Shown here: piece after piece, positions 28,934-37,765 of the stretch | Numbering within the stretch: the first letter of the stretch is position 1 | Layout: every line of letters begins with the position of its first letter | DNA from: Minisyncoccota bacterium | GTDB lineage: Bacteria; Patescibacteriota; Microgenomatia; UBA1400; UBA12028 | Reading direction: 5' to 3' | Length of the DNA stretch: 64,000 nucleotides | Assembly (NCBI GenBank): GCA_016211945.1 | Contig: JACRHV010000006.1 | Location: forward strand, 146,093-210,092 | Notes under the pieces: model-generated | Told to the model about the DNA's origin: nothing | The model's database searches: none | What the model saw: only the letters and a program-made list of their open reading frames with translations | Position numbers and translations under genes: made by a program

Positions 28934-30004
28934 ATGGAGTATTATGTGCGCATGATCTCGGTGAATGAATGTGCGGCGCTCAAGGACATGGTAAAAAATG
29001 CCAAATCAATCTATGTTGTGTTGGGTGCGAATCCAAATTATGATGCGGTTGCGGCCGCGCTTTCTCTCTATCTCTCGTTCCAACAAGCAGGAAAATATGT
29101 GCAGATTTCGTGTGCAACACCCATGCGCGTAGAGTTTTCATATTTAGTTGGTGTGGATCAAATCAAAGAAAAACTGGGGTCAAAAAACTTAGTGATCTCG
29201 TTCAATTACTCCGAGGAAAGTGTTGAAAAAGTTACCTATGCCATTGATGAAGCGACCAAGCGTTTTAATTTAGTGATTGCGCCGCGAACTGGCGGAAAGC
29301 CGTTGGATCCGGCAACCGTTGACTACACCTTAGCTGGGGCAGAGGCAGATCTTGTGTTTTTGGTGGGAGTCTCGCAACTTGAAGACTTGGGCGCGTTGTA
29401 CACGGCGGAACAATATTTCTTTGACAGTTCCTACACCATTAGTTTGACGACCTATCAATCACAGCCATTTGCACGAATGACCTTGGATACCACCGGGCAG
29501 ACTTGTCTTGCCGAGGGGGTTGGTGTATTACTTACTCAAGTTGAGTTTGAGCCAAAAGATGATATCGCGACAAATTTATTATCTTCAATAGAACAGGCGA
29601 CGAATCGATTCCAGTCATTGGGAGTTGGTCCGGACACATTCGAGTTGATCGCTAAACTGATGCGAAATGGTGCGAGGCGGTCTGCAACAAATCCGGCGCT
29701 GGGTGGAACAGTTCAGCAAGGTGTTGTAGTACCAACGCCCACGATATCACCACAGTTCCAGGCAGTTCCCGCGTCCACGAGCACGTTTGCGGAGGCAATG
29801 AAAGCAAAAAGCGCGGGGCAACAACCAGTAATGCAGGCACAGCAGTCAGTAGTGCAGCCCCCACAACAACCCCCCTCGCAACAGATTATTCAATTAGAAC
29901 GAACAGATCAAATATCCTCAAGTAATGGGGCGTACCAGCCAACACAACCTCCACCACAAGAATGGACACAGCCAAAGATCTTTACTGGGGCGACGAAGGT
30001 GTAA
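28934..30004 (+). CDS. DHH/DHHA1-like protein with degenerate catalytic motifs, and a Q/P-rich C-terminal tail
   Basis: Occupies the position after infB where NrnA-type DHH proteins occur in some lineages. Motif I reads 'GANPNYDAV' instead of 'HxxPDGDAxGS'. Confidence 0.4.
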   Translation: MEYYVRMISVNECAALKDMVKNAKSIYVVLGANPNYDAVAAALSLYLSFQQAGKYVQISCATPMRVEFSYLVGVDQIKEKLGSKNLVISFNYSEESVEKVTYAIDEATKRFNLVIAPRTGGKPLDPATVDYTLAGAEADLVFLVGVSQLEDLGALYTAEQYFFDSSYTISLTTYQSQPFARMTLDTTGQTCLAEGVGVLLTQVEFEPKDDIATNLLSSIEQATNRFQSLGVGPDTFELIAKLMRNGARRSATNPALGGTVQQGVVVPTPTISPQFQAVPASTSTFAEAMKAKSAGQQPVMQAQQSVVQPPQQPPSQQIIQLERTDQISSSNGAYQPTQPPPQEWTQPKIFTGATKV

Positions 30005-30010
30005 ATTCCG

Positions 30011-30958
30011 CTAGCGTGAAAGACCAAAGAAAAACTGTTTGATTTTCATATTTTCTTCTAAAATGGTTTGATACTTTGGTTTTGCCAACTCTTTTTGCAT
30101 GTACTCATACCGAGGCTGATTTCCTACGCGCCAGACTCTCTTTACTTTTTCTGGTGGAGTATCTGAAGTAGCAGCTACTCGTTGTTTTGTCCAAACCTGT
30201 TTTGTCCTATCATTGGGGTCATCCTGCCACATCTCTACTTCAGTTTCTAAATCAACATGTGATCCAGCAGCTTTTTCGTCGGGTCCCAATGTAAGTGCGA
30301 GAATCAGATTCTCAATGGTTGTCATCCGTGCTTCTGTTGTTCCCTGTTCAAAAGAGTCTTGAGTAAAATCATGTGTTTTTTTAAGCAAATCATTCCCAAT
30401 ATATTTCACAGTGTTCACAATTTCACCAAGATTGAAAGGAGATTCATGTTTATCTATCGCGCGTCTTCTATTCTCTTTGTAACTTTCTGGTGGTCGGTGT
30501 ATTGCCCAGGAGACATCACTCTTACTCTCACTCTTTAACTCGGAAATGGCCATATGAATATAAAATTGTATGGCTAACCCCACCTCTTCGGGAGTAAGCG
30601 ATGCATCTCTCGTGAAGTCATGATTACTAATGCTAGTAACTTTATCAGAACTCATTTTTTTTAATGCTTCTCCAACAACGGTCGTAATGCTTTTTAACAC
30701 AGTCGTCACTCTTTCCCTATCCCCACAGGCTGTTTCTAATGCATGTTGTGTTTGCTTCACAATATCTGGACCTAGGTTGAGAAGCAACAAATCAAACTCA
30801 CTCCTCTTAACTTCTGGAACAAGCCGATCAGTATCGAGTTTTCCTGACATAACGCTCCTTGCTTTACTATTTATCTGCATTTCTAGCATATATGGTATAA
30901 TCCCCAAGTACAAGAAGCTTTTCTCGCCCTGCGGCGCACCAATTTGGGGAAATCCCAT
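30011..30958 (-). CDS. Hypothetical protein (start uncertain; alternative Met at about 30847)
   Basis: Long intact ORF. No recognisable motif. Confidence 0.4.
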   Translation of the reverse strand: MGFPQIGAPQGEKSFLYLGIIPYMLEMQINSKARSVMSGKLDTDRLVPEVKRSEFDLLLLNLGPDIVKQTQHALETACGDRERVTTVLKSITTVVGEALKKMSSDKVTSISNHDFTRDASLTPEEVGLAIQFYIHMAISELKSESKSDVSWAIHRPPESYKENRRRAIDKHESPFNLGEIVNTVKYIGNDLLKKTHDFTQDSFEQGTTEARMTTIENLILALTLGPDEKAAGSHVDLETEVEMWQDDPNDRTKQVWTKQRVAATSDTPPEKVKRVWRVGNQPRYEYMQKELAKPKYQTILEENMKIKQFFFGLSR

Positions 30959-31002
30959 TGCGCACTCGCAAGAGACAACGCTCGGCAGAGATAGGAGGAA
31001 CT

Positions 31003-31272
31003 ATGGCACTACCAACAGTTGCCAAAACAAAAATCATTAAAGACTTTGCCACAAAGGCGGGAGACACGGGTTCCCCGGAGGTTCAAGTCGCATTGCTGAC
31101 CAATAAGATCAACATGTTAACGGATCACCTCAAGAAACACAAGAAAGACAATCACTCTCGCAAGGGCCTCTTAAAGATGGTCGCCAAGCGTCGTCGCCTT
31201 CTCAACTTCTTGGAACGTCAAGATGAAAAGCGCTACAAGGTTTTGATTAAGAAACTCGATCTTACGAAGTAA
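31003..31272 (+). CDS. rpsO: 30S ribosomal protein S15
   Basis: '[13 protein letters not shown]......[29 protein letters not shown]' is the canonical S15 sequence. Confidence 0.93.
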   Translation: MALPTVAKTKIIKDFATKAGDTGSPEVQVALLTNKINMLTDHLKKHKKDNHSRKGLLKMVAKRRRLLNFLERQDEKRYKVLIKKLDLTK

Positions 31273-31745
31273 ATTCGTTTTCTATTTCATCAGTTTTCCT
31301 CGAGGAAAGTTGATCTCAAAACGAAATGGCTAATTTGTTAGGATTAAATTCGGTAGTTAAAAGTTCGTTCACTTAACCACATAATTTCGCAGGACATTGA
31401 TCTCGTTGTAGGACAGGGCAATCTTGATCACTACCTCAAGTATACCTCAAGAATTCCCGGGCACACCAGAGGGAAAGTGTCATTTCGTGGTTTAAGTCGC
31501 TATATATACACGTCTTCATGTGTTCCCATCATATAAAAGTATGCGTCACTATCAAAAAGGATGCGCGTATTTAAATACGATCAAGTACGTTCTTTACGGA
31601 AGATCCGACAACATATAGACCCTTTTTTCAGAAATAAGTGACATTTTGTATGTTTTCTCTGTTTTGGCATGTGCACGGAAAACAGGAATATATTCCTGTT
31701 TAAGATCGCTTACCACGAGGTGTCGAATATATAGCCAAGAAAAAA

Positions 31746-32066
31746 CTATTCGCTTTTATTTAACTCATTTGGAGATAGCTGTAATCTACCAGCAATTTGC
31801 TCCAAGGCTTCCCAATAGTTGTAGGAGAGCTGATCGAGTTTATTAAAATCGAACCTATCTTTATCTTGAATCTCTTTTCTCTGTTCTCCACCGAAGGGTT
31901 TATCACCAAGGCCTTCAAGTAACTCGAGAAGATTTTTTAAAGTAGAGATGTGATATTCCTTACGTTCAAGGTATAGCTGTTTTGCTTTCTCAACATCTTC
32001 TAGTGTGAAGGTTTTCATATACGGATTATTAGTTGGGTTTTGTACTACTGCATCTACATCATTCAT
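31746..32066 (-). CDS. Hypothetical protein (106 aa) in an rpsO-pnp insertion
   Basis: Intact ORF in an AT-rich segment. No recognisable motif. Confidence 0.35.
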   Translation of the reverse strand: MNDVDAVVQNPTNNPYMKTFTLEDVEKAKQLYLERKEYHISTLKNLLELLEGLGDKPFGGEQRKEIQDKDRFDFNKLDQLSYNYWEALEQIAGRLQLSPNELNKSE

Positions 32067-32308
32067 ATACTTACTCCATTAGTACTTATATGGGCCCATA
32101 CTAACAGATAGGTGTATCGTAATCAATTAAGCACTTTCATTCGTAAAGTGAAAACTAAAATTGGGGCTATAGCTGTTCAAATTGCTCGGAAAGAAAGTGG
32201 GAACATCGTTAGTTTACAGCATGTAGGTAGTGTTCCACACAGAAACCGATGTGTGAAGCTTACTTGTATTGGCTAGAGCACAAATTCATAGAGATCAATT
32301 GTCGTTTT

Positions 32309-32869
32309 TTATGGTAAAAAAGTGACTTTTCCATGATTATCTGTATCCACTTCTCTAAAGGAAAACCATTTTTTGTAGTAGTCCTCATCACCTCTAAGTG
32401 CAACATTCACCATACAAAAATATTTCATATCCCAAGTGTTGCTATATTGTGGCAACTCCAATACAGTTTGTCCTGTTTGCAAATCGTTAATAACTCTTTC
32501 TGGAATAACATTTAATTTCTGTTTACACCAAGCAAATAAAATATTTTCTGGATTTTCATCTTTAGAACAGATAAAATCTGCTTGGAAAACAACGAAAAAA
32601 CCATAATCTGTAGAAATAAGATGGGCATTACAATCAGCGTCCACATTTTGAACTCTAAAAATTTCTCTTTTTAATGTTCCAACTGAGAGAAAATGAGAGA
32701 TAATTTTTTGAATTTCTTCAACTTTTACCATAGATAAACGTATTGCCTCACGATAAAATGTAACGAAACTACGAATTCGTTGCCTCAGTAATAATGTAAC
32801 ATCTCGCAACCTGTATGCAGTATAGCAATATGGTACAATACTATACATAAAACGTAAAAGAATAGGCAC
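32309..32869 (-). CDS. Hypothetical protein (186 aa) in an rpsO-pnp insertion
   Basis: Intact ORF in an AT-rich segment. A C-terminal 'REVDTDNH' fits R-x6-H, but that is not enough to call HEPN. Confidence 0.35.
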   Translation of the reverse strand: MPILLRFMYSIVPYCYTAYRLRDVTLLLRQRIRSFVTFYREAIRLSMVKVEEIQKIISHFLSVGTLKREIFRVQNVDADCNAHLISTDYGFFVVFQADFICSKDENPENILFAWCKQKLNVIPERVINDLQTGQTVLELPQYSNTWDMKYFCMVNVALRGDEDYYKKWFSFREVDTDNHGKVTFLP

Positions 32870-33002
32870 GGGTACGTGCAGAGAAGAAAGGACTGGATTA
32901 CCTCGGGGAAATTAAGTATTCACATGTGCGCCTTTGCTCAAACAGCAAACTCTGGCAGATGCGAACACTGAATTTCTTCTCTGGTTCTCCACAATATATA
33001 TG

Positions 33003-35411
33003 AATAAACCAAATTTCTCGAATGTATATTCGAAAATTGTTCGCGTGGGCGACAAAGAGATTACACTCGAAGTTGGAAAGTTTGCAGAGCAGACAAGCGC
33101 CGCTGTGCTCGCCACATGCGGAGAGACCACGGTTCACGCAACTGTTGTTTCTGGTGGAGTAAGCAAGTTGGGGTACTTCCCACTTCAAGTGGAATACATA
33201 GAAAAGCTCTACGCCGGTGGTCGCATTAAAGGGTCCCGATGGGTCAAGCGTGATGGTCGGCCAAATGATGAGGCGGTTTTGAAAGGTCGTCTTATTGACC
33301 GATCTGTCCGCCCCATGTTCCCAACAGGCCTTATGAATGAGGTGCAGGCAATTGCGACGGTCCTTTCTGTTGATATGGAGAATGATCCGGATATGGTGGC
33401 AATGGTTGCGATCTCGGCCGCATTGAGTATTTCTGACATTCCATTTGATGGACCAATCGCAGGAATTCGCATTGGATTTGATAAAACATCACAAGAATTC
33501 GTGTTGAACCCAACCTATACGCAAAGAAAAAATTCTGACTTAGACTTAGTTGTTTCTGGTGCACAAGACGCCATTGTTATGGTTGAGGCTGGATGTAACG
33601 AGGTATCAGAAGAACTGATGCTTAAGGCATTCGCAAAAGCGCAGGAAGCAATTAATAGCATCGTGAGTGATATAGCAAAAATGGTAAAAGATGTTGGTCA
33701 AGAAAAATTTACATTCGACCCTATTTTGCCAGATGCAGAGCTTATGAAAACACTCGGCAAGAAATATGCCAAAGAGATAAAAGAATTTGTCCATCGCGAG
33801 GCGCTGTTAGAAGATGTGGGCGTTGATACGCTCGTCGCAAAAATTGTGGCAGATGATGAAACGCAAGATTTTAGTAAACTCAAGGAAGCATTCCACGAGC
33901 TAATTCGCGAGGAAGCTTGCCGACAGACTTTGGAAGACAGAATGCGCCCGGATGGCAGAAAACTCGACCAAATCCGCCCGCTCACCTGCGCAGTTGATAT
34001 TTTGCCAAGACCTCATGGCACGGCAATGTTCAAACGCGGTTCCACACAAGTGCTAACAATTACAACATTGGGTGCCCCATCATTGGGTCAGCTTATTGAG
34101 GACATGGAAGGCGAGGAAGAAAAGCACTACATTCATCACTACAGCATGCCTCCGTATGCTTCTGGTGAGGTCGGCCGCATTGGGAGTCCCAAGCGCCGGG
34201 AGATCGGACACGGGGCGCTCGCAGAACGCGCGCTTTGGCCAATGATTCCTCCACAAAACGAGTTTCCGTACACCATTCATGTGGTCTCTGAAGTAATGAG
34301 CTCAAACGGTTCAACATCGATGGCCTCGACTTGTGGAAGTACGATGTCGCTCATGGCGGCAGGTGTCCCACTGAAAAAGCCGGTTGCTGGTATTGCGATG
34401 GGTCTCATGACCGATGGAAAAAGCAACTATGCAGTGCTTTCTGACATTCAAGGAATGGAAGATCACACCGGTGATATGGACTTCAAGGTTGCCGGAACCG
34501 CAGATGGTATTACCGCACTCCAAATGGATATTAAAGTGAAAGGAATTTCGCTGGATATCATGACCGAAGCATTGAAACAGGCAAAGGTCGGTCGTATGTT
34601 TATCTTGAGTAAAATGCTTGAAGCCATTGCAGAGCCACGCAAGAGTTTGTCCAAGTATGCACCAAAGATTGTTCAAATAGAGATTCCATATGATCGTATT
34701 GGTGAGTTGATTGGTCCCGGCGGCAAGGTGATCAAGAATATTATTGCGGTCACCGGTGCGCAGGTTGACGTAGATGAGAACGAGGATCAAACCAAGGGCA
34801 TTGTTAATATTTCATCACAAGATGACGCATCTATTGAGAAAGCAAAGAGTTGGATCAGTGGCATGATGCGCGAGGTTCTTCCAGGTGAAGAGTTTGATGG
34901 AACCGTCACACGCGTTGAGCGGTTTGGATGTTTTGTTGAGTTCTTACCAGGAAAAGAGGGATTGGTACACGTTTCTCGTATGAGCCCAACATTTGTTTCT
35001 GATCCAAATGATATTGTGAAAATAGGCGACACAGTCCATGTGCGCTTAACTGAGATTGATGATCAAGGTCGCAACAATCTTACGATGTTGACCAAAGAAC
35101 AAGAACAGCAAGCGCGTGAACAACGCGAAAGCGGTGGTGGTCAAGGTGGCTTTGGCGGTGGAAACAGCGGCGGAAACGGCGGAGGTTTTGGCGGTGGCGG
35201 ACGAGGATATAGTGGTGATAGAGGCGGCCGAGGTGGATTCCGTGGCGGACGCGATGATCACAGAGGTGGTGGGGATCGAGGAGGCCGCAGTGGCGGCTTT
35301 GGCGGTGGACGGAGCTTTGGTGGAAATCGTGGTGGAAGCAGACCATCGTCTTCCGGATCATCCGGCGGCCAGCCATTTGGTGGATATAGTGAACAGAAGA
35401 AGTATGAGTAG
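33003..35411 (+). CDS. pnp: Polyribonucleotide nucleotidyltransferase (PNPase) with an RGG/Gly-Arg-rich C-terminal tail
   Basis: Two RNase PH domains, KH and S1 domains ('GTVTRVERFGCFVEF'). The final ~90 aa are GGxGG/RGG repeats. The start was set at 'MNKPNF'. Confidence 0.95.
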   Translation, partial: NKPNFSNVYSKIVRVGDKEITLEVGKFAEQTSAAVLATCGETTVHATVVSGGVSKLGYFPLQVEYIEKLYAGGRIKGSRWVKRDGRPNDEAVLKGRLIDRSVRPMFPTGLMNEVQAIATVLSVDMENDPDMVAMVAISAALSISDIPFDGPIAGIRIGFDKTSQEFVLNPTYTQRKNSDLDLVVSGAQDAIVMVEAGCNEVSEELMLKAFAKAQEAINSIVSDIAKMVKDVGQEKFTFDPILPDAELMKTLGKKYAKEIKEFVHREALLEDVGVDTLVAKIVADDETQDFSKLKEAFHELIREEACRQTLEDRMRPDGRKLDQIRPLTCAVDILPRPHGTAMFKRGSTQVLTITTLGAPSLGQLIEDMEGEEEKHYIHHYSMPPYASGEVGRIGSPKRREIGHGALAERALWPMIPPQNEFPYTIHVVSEVMSSNGSTSMASTCGSTMSLMAAGVPLKKPVAGIAMGLMTDGKSNYAVLSDIQGMEDHTGDMDFKVAGTADGITALQMDIKVKGISLDIMTEALKQAKVGRMFILSKMLEAIAEPRKSLSKYAPKIVQIEIPYDRIGELIGPGGKVIKNIIAVTGAQVDVDENEDQTKGIVNISSQDDASIEKAKSWISGMMREVLPGEEFDGTVTRVERFGCFVEFLPGKEGLVHVSRMSPTFVSDPNDIVKIGDTVHVRLTEIDDQGRNNLTMLTKEQEQQAREQRESGGGQGGFGGGNSGGNGGGFGGGGRGYSGDRGGRGGFRGGRDDHRGGGDRGGRSGGFGGGRSFGGNRGGSRPSSSGSSGGQPFGGYSEQKKYE

Positions 35412-35418
35412 TTGAATA

Positions 35419-36030
35419 ATGAGTCAAACAGAGCAGAGACTACTGCCCCAATCCCTTAAGACGTTTAGCGTGGATAAGAGAAAAGCACAGCTTGATCTTC
35501 TTTTTGCAACAGTGATGGTGTCACTTGGAGTTCTATCATGGATTACACGGTTGACCGAGCAGGGAGCATTTGGGTATGGCCATCTTCAACAACTCTTGAC
35601 TCATTTGAAAATAATCAGTACAACAATGGAGTATTTCCAACACTCGATACCTGACTTTGCTTGGATTGGCGCCATAGCGGGGGCTACACTCTATATCCTC
35701 GGTTCATTATCTGAGGCAAGAAATACTTTTCTTATTCAAGTGCGAGGGAAAGATCTCCAAAAGAAATTAGTTGACAGTGAAATAAGTATTACGAGTCTAG
35801 CATTACTTTTCACCCTGATATTCTATATTTTTTATATGACTCATGAGTTCTCTCAATGCCGTGGAGTGGTCGAGGGAACATGTCAAATAGATGACTTTCG
35901 TGCATATACAGAAGCATTTCTTTCGGTATTAACATACACAATTTCTAGCAGGACATTCCTTTTTCTTTCCGCCATACACCATACGCAAAAAACTCTCAGT
36001 AAAGAATCTTCTACTCTTGTGCTACCATAA
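35419..36030 (+). CDS. Hypothetical membrane protein (203 aa)
   Basis: Several predicted TM helices. No motif. Confidence 0.4.
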   Translation: MSQTEQRLLPQSLKTFSVDKRKAQLDLLFATVMVSLGVLSWITRLTEQGAFGYGHLQQLLTHLKIISTTMEYFQHSIPDFAWIGAIAGATLYILGSLSEARNTFLIQVRGKDLQKKLVDSEISITSLALLFTLIFYIFYMTHEFSQCRGVVEGTCQIDDFRAYTEAFLSVLTYTISSRTFLFLSAIHHTQKTLSKESSTLVLP

Positions 36031-36034
36031 CCAT

Positions 36035-37093
36035 ATGCCCGACGATCAAACACTTCTTCAAGAAATCCAAGTACTCCAACAAAAGGTTCAGCAGGCGACG
36101 CTTCCGGAAGAACTCAAGCTCAAGATAGATCAAATGATTGTTCGGTTGCAACGCATGGTTTCTCTTTCAAATTATACGGAAGAGTATGAGCGAACCTCAC
36201 ACTATATCGAATGGGTGGTATCGCTTCCATGGGATAAAACCTCAACAGATATTCTTGATGTTCAAAAAACCAAGGAGGTGTTTGAGAAACATCACTACGG
36301 TATGCAGGATGTGAAGGATCGATTTTTAGAGTATGTCTCTGTCTTGGCGTTACGTGCGAAACAGAACAATGATAAGGGTATTGTGCACGCACCGGTTTTA
36401 CTCTTACATGGATTGGTTGGTACTGGGAAAACAACATTTGCATATTCTTTAGCAGAGGCGCTTGGAAGAAAAGTGGTTCGTATTCCGTTTGGCGGCATGA
36501 GTTCGGCCCGCGATCTGCGTGGGCAGTCTCGCCTTCACTTGGAGGCAGAGCCGGGATATGTGATCAAATCATTGCGATCCGCAGGTGTTCGCAATCCAGT
36601 CATTTTGCTTGATGAAATTGATCGTGTTTCCGATGAAGCGCGTGGTGAGATCATGGGTGTGTTGGTTGAGTTGCTCGATCCAGAACAGAACAGTGCATTT
36701 ACAGACAACTATATGGATTATCCATTCAATTTATCCGAGGCAATCTTTTTGGCGACATGCAACAACACCGAGAAAATCGCAACAGCTGTGTTTGATCGAT
36801 TAGAAGTGATTGAGATGCCGTCCTACACAGACAAGGAAAAGATTGAGATTGCCCGGAACTACTTGTTGCCCAAAGCGTTGGAGGAAGCAGGTTTGACCAA
36901 AGAGCAAGTGACCATTGCAGAAGACGTGTGGCCGCTCGTGGTTCGTCCGCTTGGATTTGACGCGGGTATTCGTACCTTACAACGTACGATTAAAGGTGCG
37001 GTGCGTAAGGCCGCACGGCAGATTGTGGAAGGAGCGGTACAAAGGGTAGAATTAACACAGGCGAGCATTAAAGAATATTTGCCATCGTATTAA
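36035..37093 (+). CDS. Lon-type AAA+ ATPase module without an N-domain or an S16 protease domain
   Basis: Colinear with the LonA ATPase: 'LPWDK', 'HYGMQDVKDRFLEY', Walker A 'GLVGTGKTT', 'GGMSSARDLRG', Walker B 'ILLDEIDR', 'LVELLDPEQNSAFTDNYMD', 'FLATCNN', and 'VFDRLEVIEM'. The ORF stops where the protease domain would begin. Confidence 0.75.
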   Translation: MPDDQTLLQEIQVLQQKVQQATLPEELKLKIDQMIVRLQRMVSLSNYTEEYERTSHYIEWVVSLPWDKTSTDILDVQKTKEVFEKHHYGMQDVKDRFLEYVSVLALRAKQNNDKGIVHAPVLLLHGLVGTGKTTFAYSLAEALGRKVVRIPFGGMSSARDLRGQSRLHLEAEPGYVIKSLRSAGVRNPVILLDEIDRVSDEARGEIMGVLVELLDPEQNSAFTDNYMDYPFNLSEAIFLATCNNTEKIATAVFDRLEVIEMPSYTDKEKIEIARNYLLPKALEEAGLTKEQVTIAEDVWPLVVRPLGFDAGIRTLQRTIKGAVRKAARQIVEGAVQRVELTQASIKEYLPSY

Positions 37094-37111
37094 GTAGGCC
37101 TCGAAACATGT

Positions 37112-37738
37112 ATGACAAAAGCAGATGAACTTCAAAAAATTCGTGAACAGCTCGAAGCTGACTACGCCTCACTCCCCCTCGTAACCAAAGCAACAGACAC
37201 CGTTCCCGGTGAAGGAAATCCAAATGCAGAGATCATGTTTATTGGTGAGGCTGCTGGGCGTAACGAGGCTCTTTTACGCCGCCCATTTGTAGGATTGGCA
37301 GGTAAGCTTGTAGATAAACAACTGGAGGCGATTGGGATTCCTCGCAAAGAGGTGTACATCAGCAACGTCGTGAAATGTCGTCCGCCGGACAATCGCGATC
37401 CATTGCCAGAAGAGATTGCGGCGTTTGCGCCGTATCTGGATAAAGAAATTGAGGTAGTAAATCCAAAACTTATTATTACCTTGGGTAGATTTAGCATGGG
37501 GAAGTTTATTCCCGATGTAAAAATTAGTCAGATTCACGGGCGATTGCACAAAGTAAAGTTTCAGGGACAACTTCGGTTTGTCCTCCCATTTTATCATCCA
37601 GCGGCTGCAATGCGTCAAGGCAAAGTGATGGAGATGTTTGTGGCTGATTTTCAAAAAGTGCCAAAAATATTAGCGTATGTCAAAACAAAGGAAGCTGATG
37701 AAGCATTTGTTGATGACATTAAAGATGCGCTGTTATAG
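37112..37738 (+). CDS. Uracil-DNA glycosylase, family 4
   Basis: 'IMFIGEAAGRNE' (GEAPG-type), 'FVGLAGKLL'-like, and 'HPAAAMR'. Confidence 0.85.
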   Translation: MTKADELQKIREQLEADYASLPLVTKATDTVPGEGNPNAEIMFIGEAAGRNEALLRRPFVGLAGKLVDKQLEAIGIPRKEVYISNVVKCRPPDNRDPLPEEIAAFAPYLDKEIEVVNPKLIITLGRFSMGKFIPDVKISQIHGRLHKVKFQGQLRFVLPFYHPAAAMRQGKVMEMFVADFQKVPKILAYVKTKEADEAFVDDIKDALL

Positions 37739-37765
37739 CGCATGTGTAATCGAAAGGGAAAATTT

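Noticed and set aside
31285-31300. Palindrome TTTCCTCGAGGAAA just after rpsO, as a possible terminator
   Set aside because: The stem is short, there is essentially no loop, and no U-tract follows. I did not annotate it as a terminator.
32309-32869. HEPN call for the 186-aa orphan based on a C-terminal R-x6-H
   Set aside because: A single Rx4-6H match without the surrounding helical context or a partner MNT gene is not enough evidence, so the gene is left as hypothetical.
34311-35427. Several overlapping ORFs on both strands at the 3' end of pnp (34311-34790, 35046-35261, 35080-35427, 35116-35415)
   Set aside because: They are artefacts of the GGN/CGN repeat encoding the RGG tail, which is open in most frames. 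Only the pnp frame continues a recognised protein.
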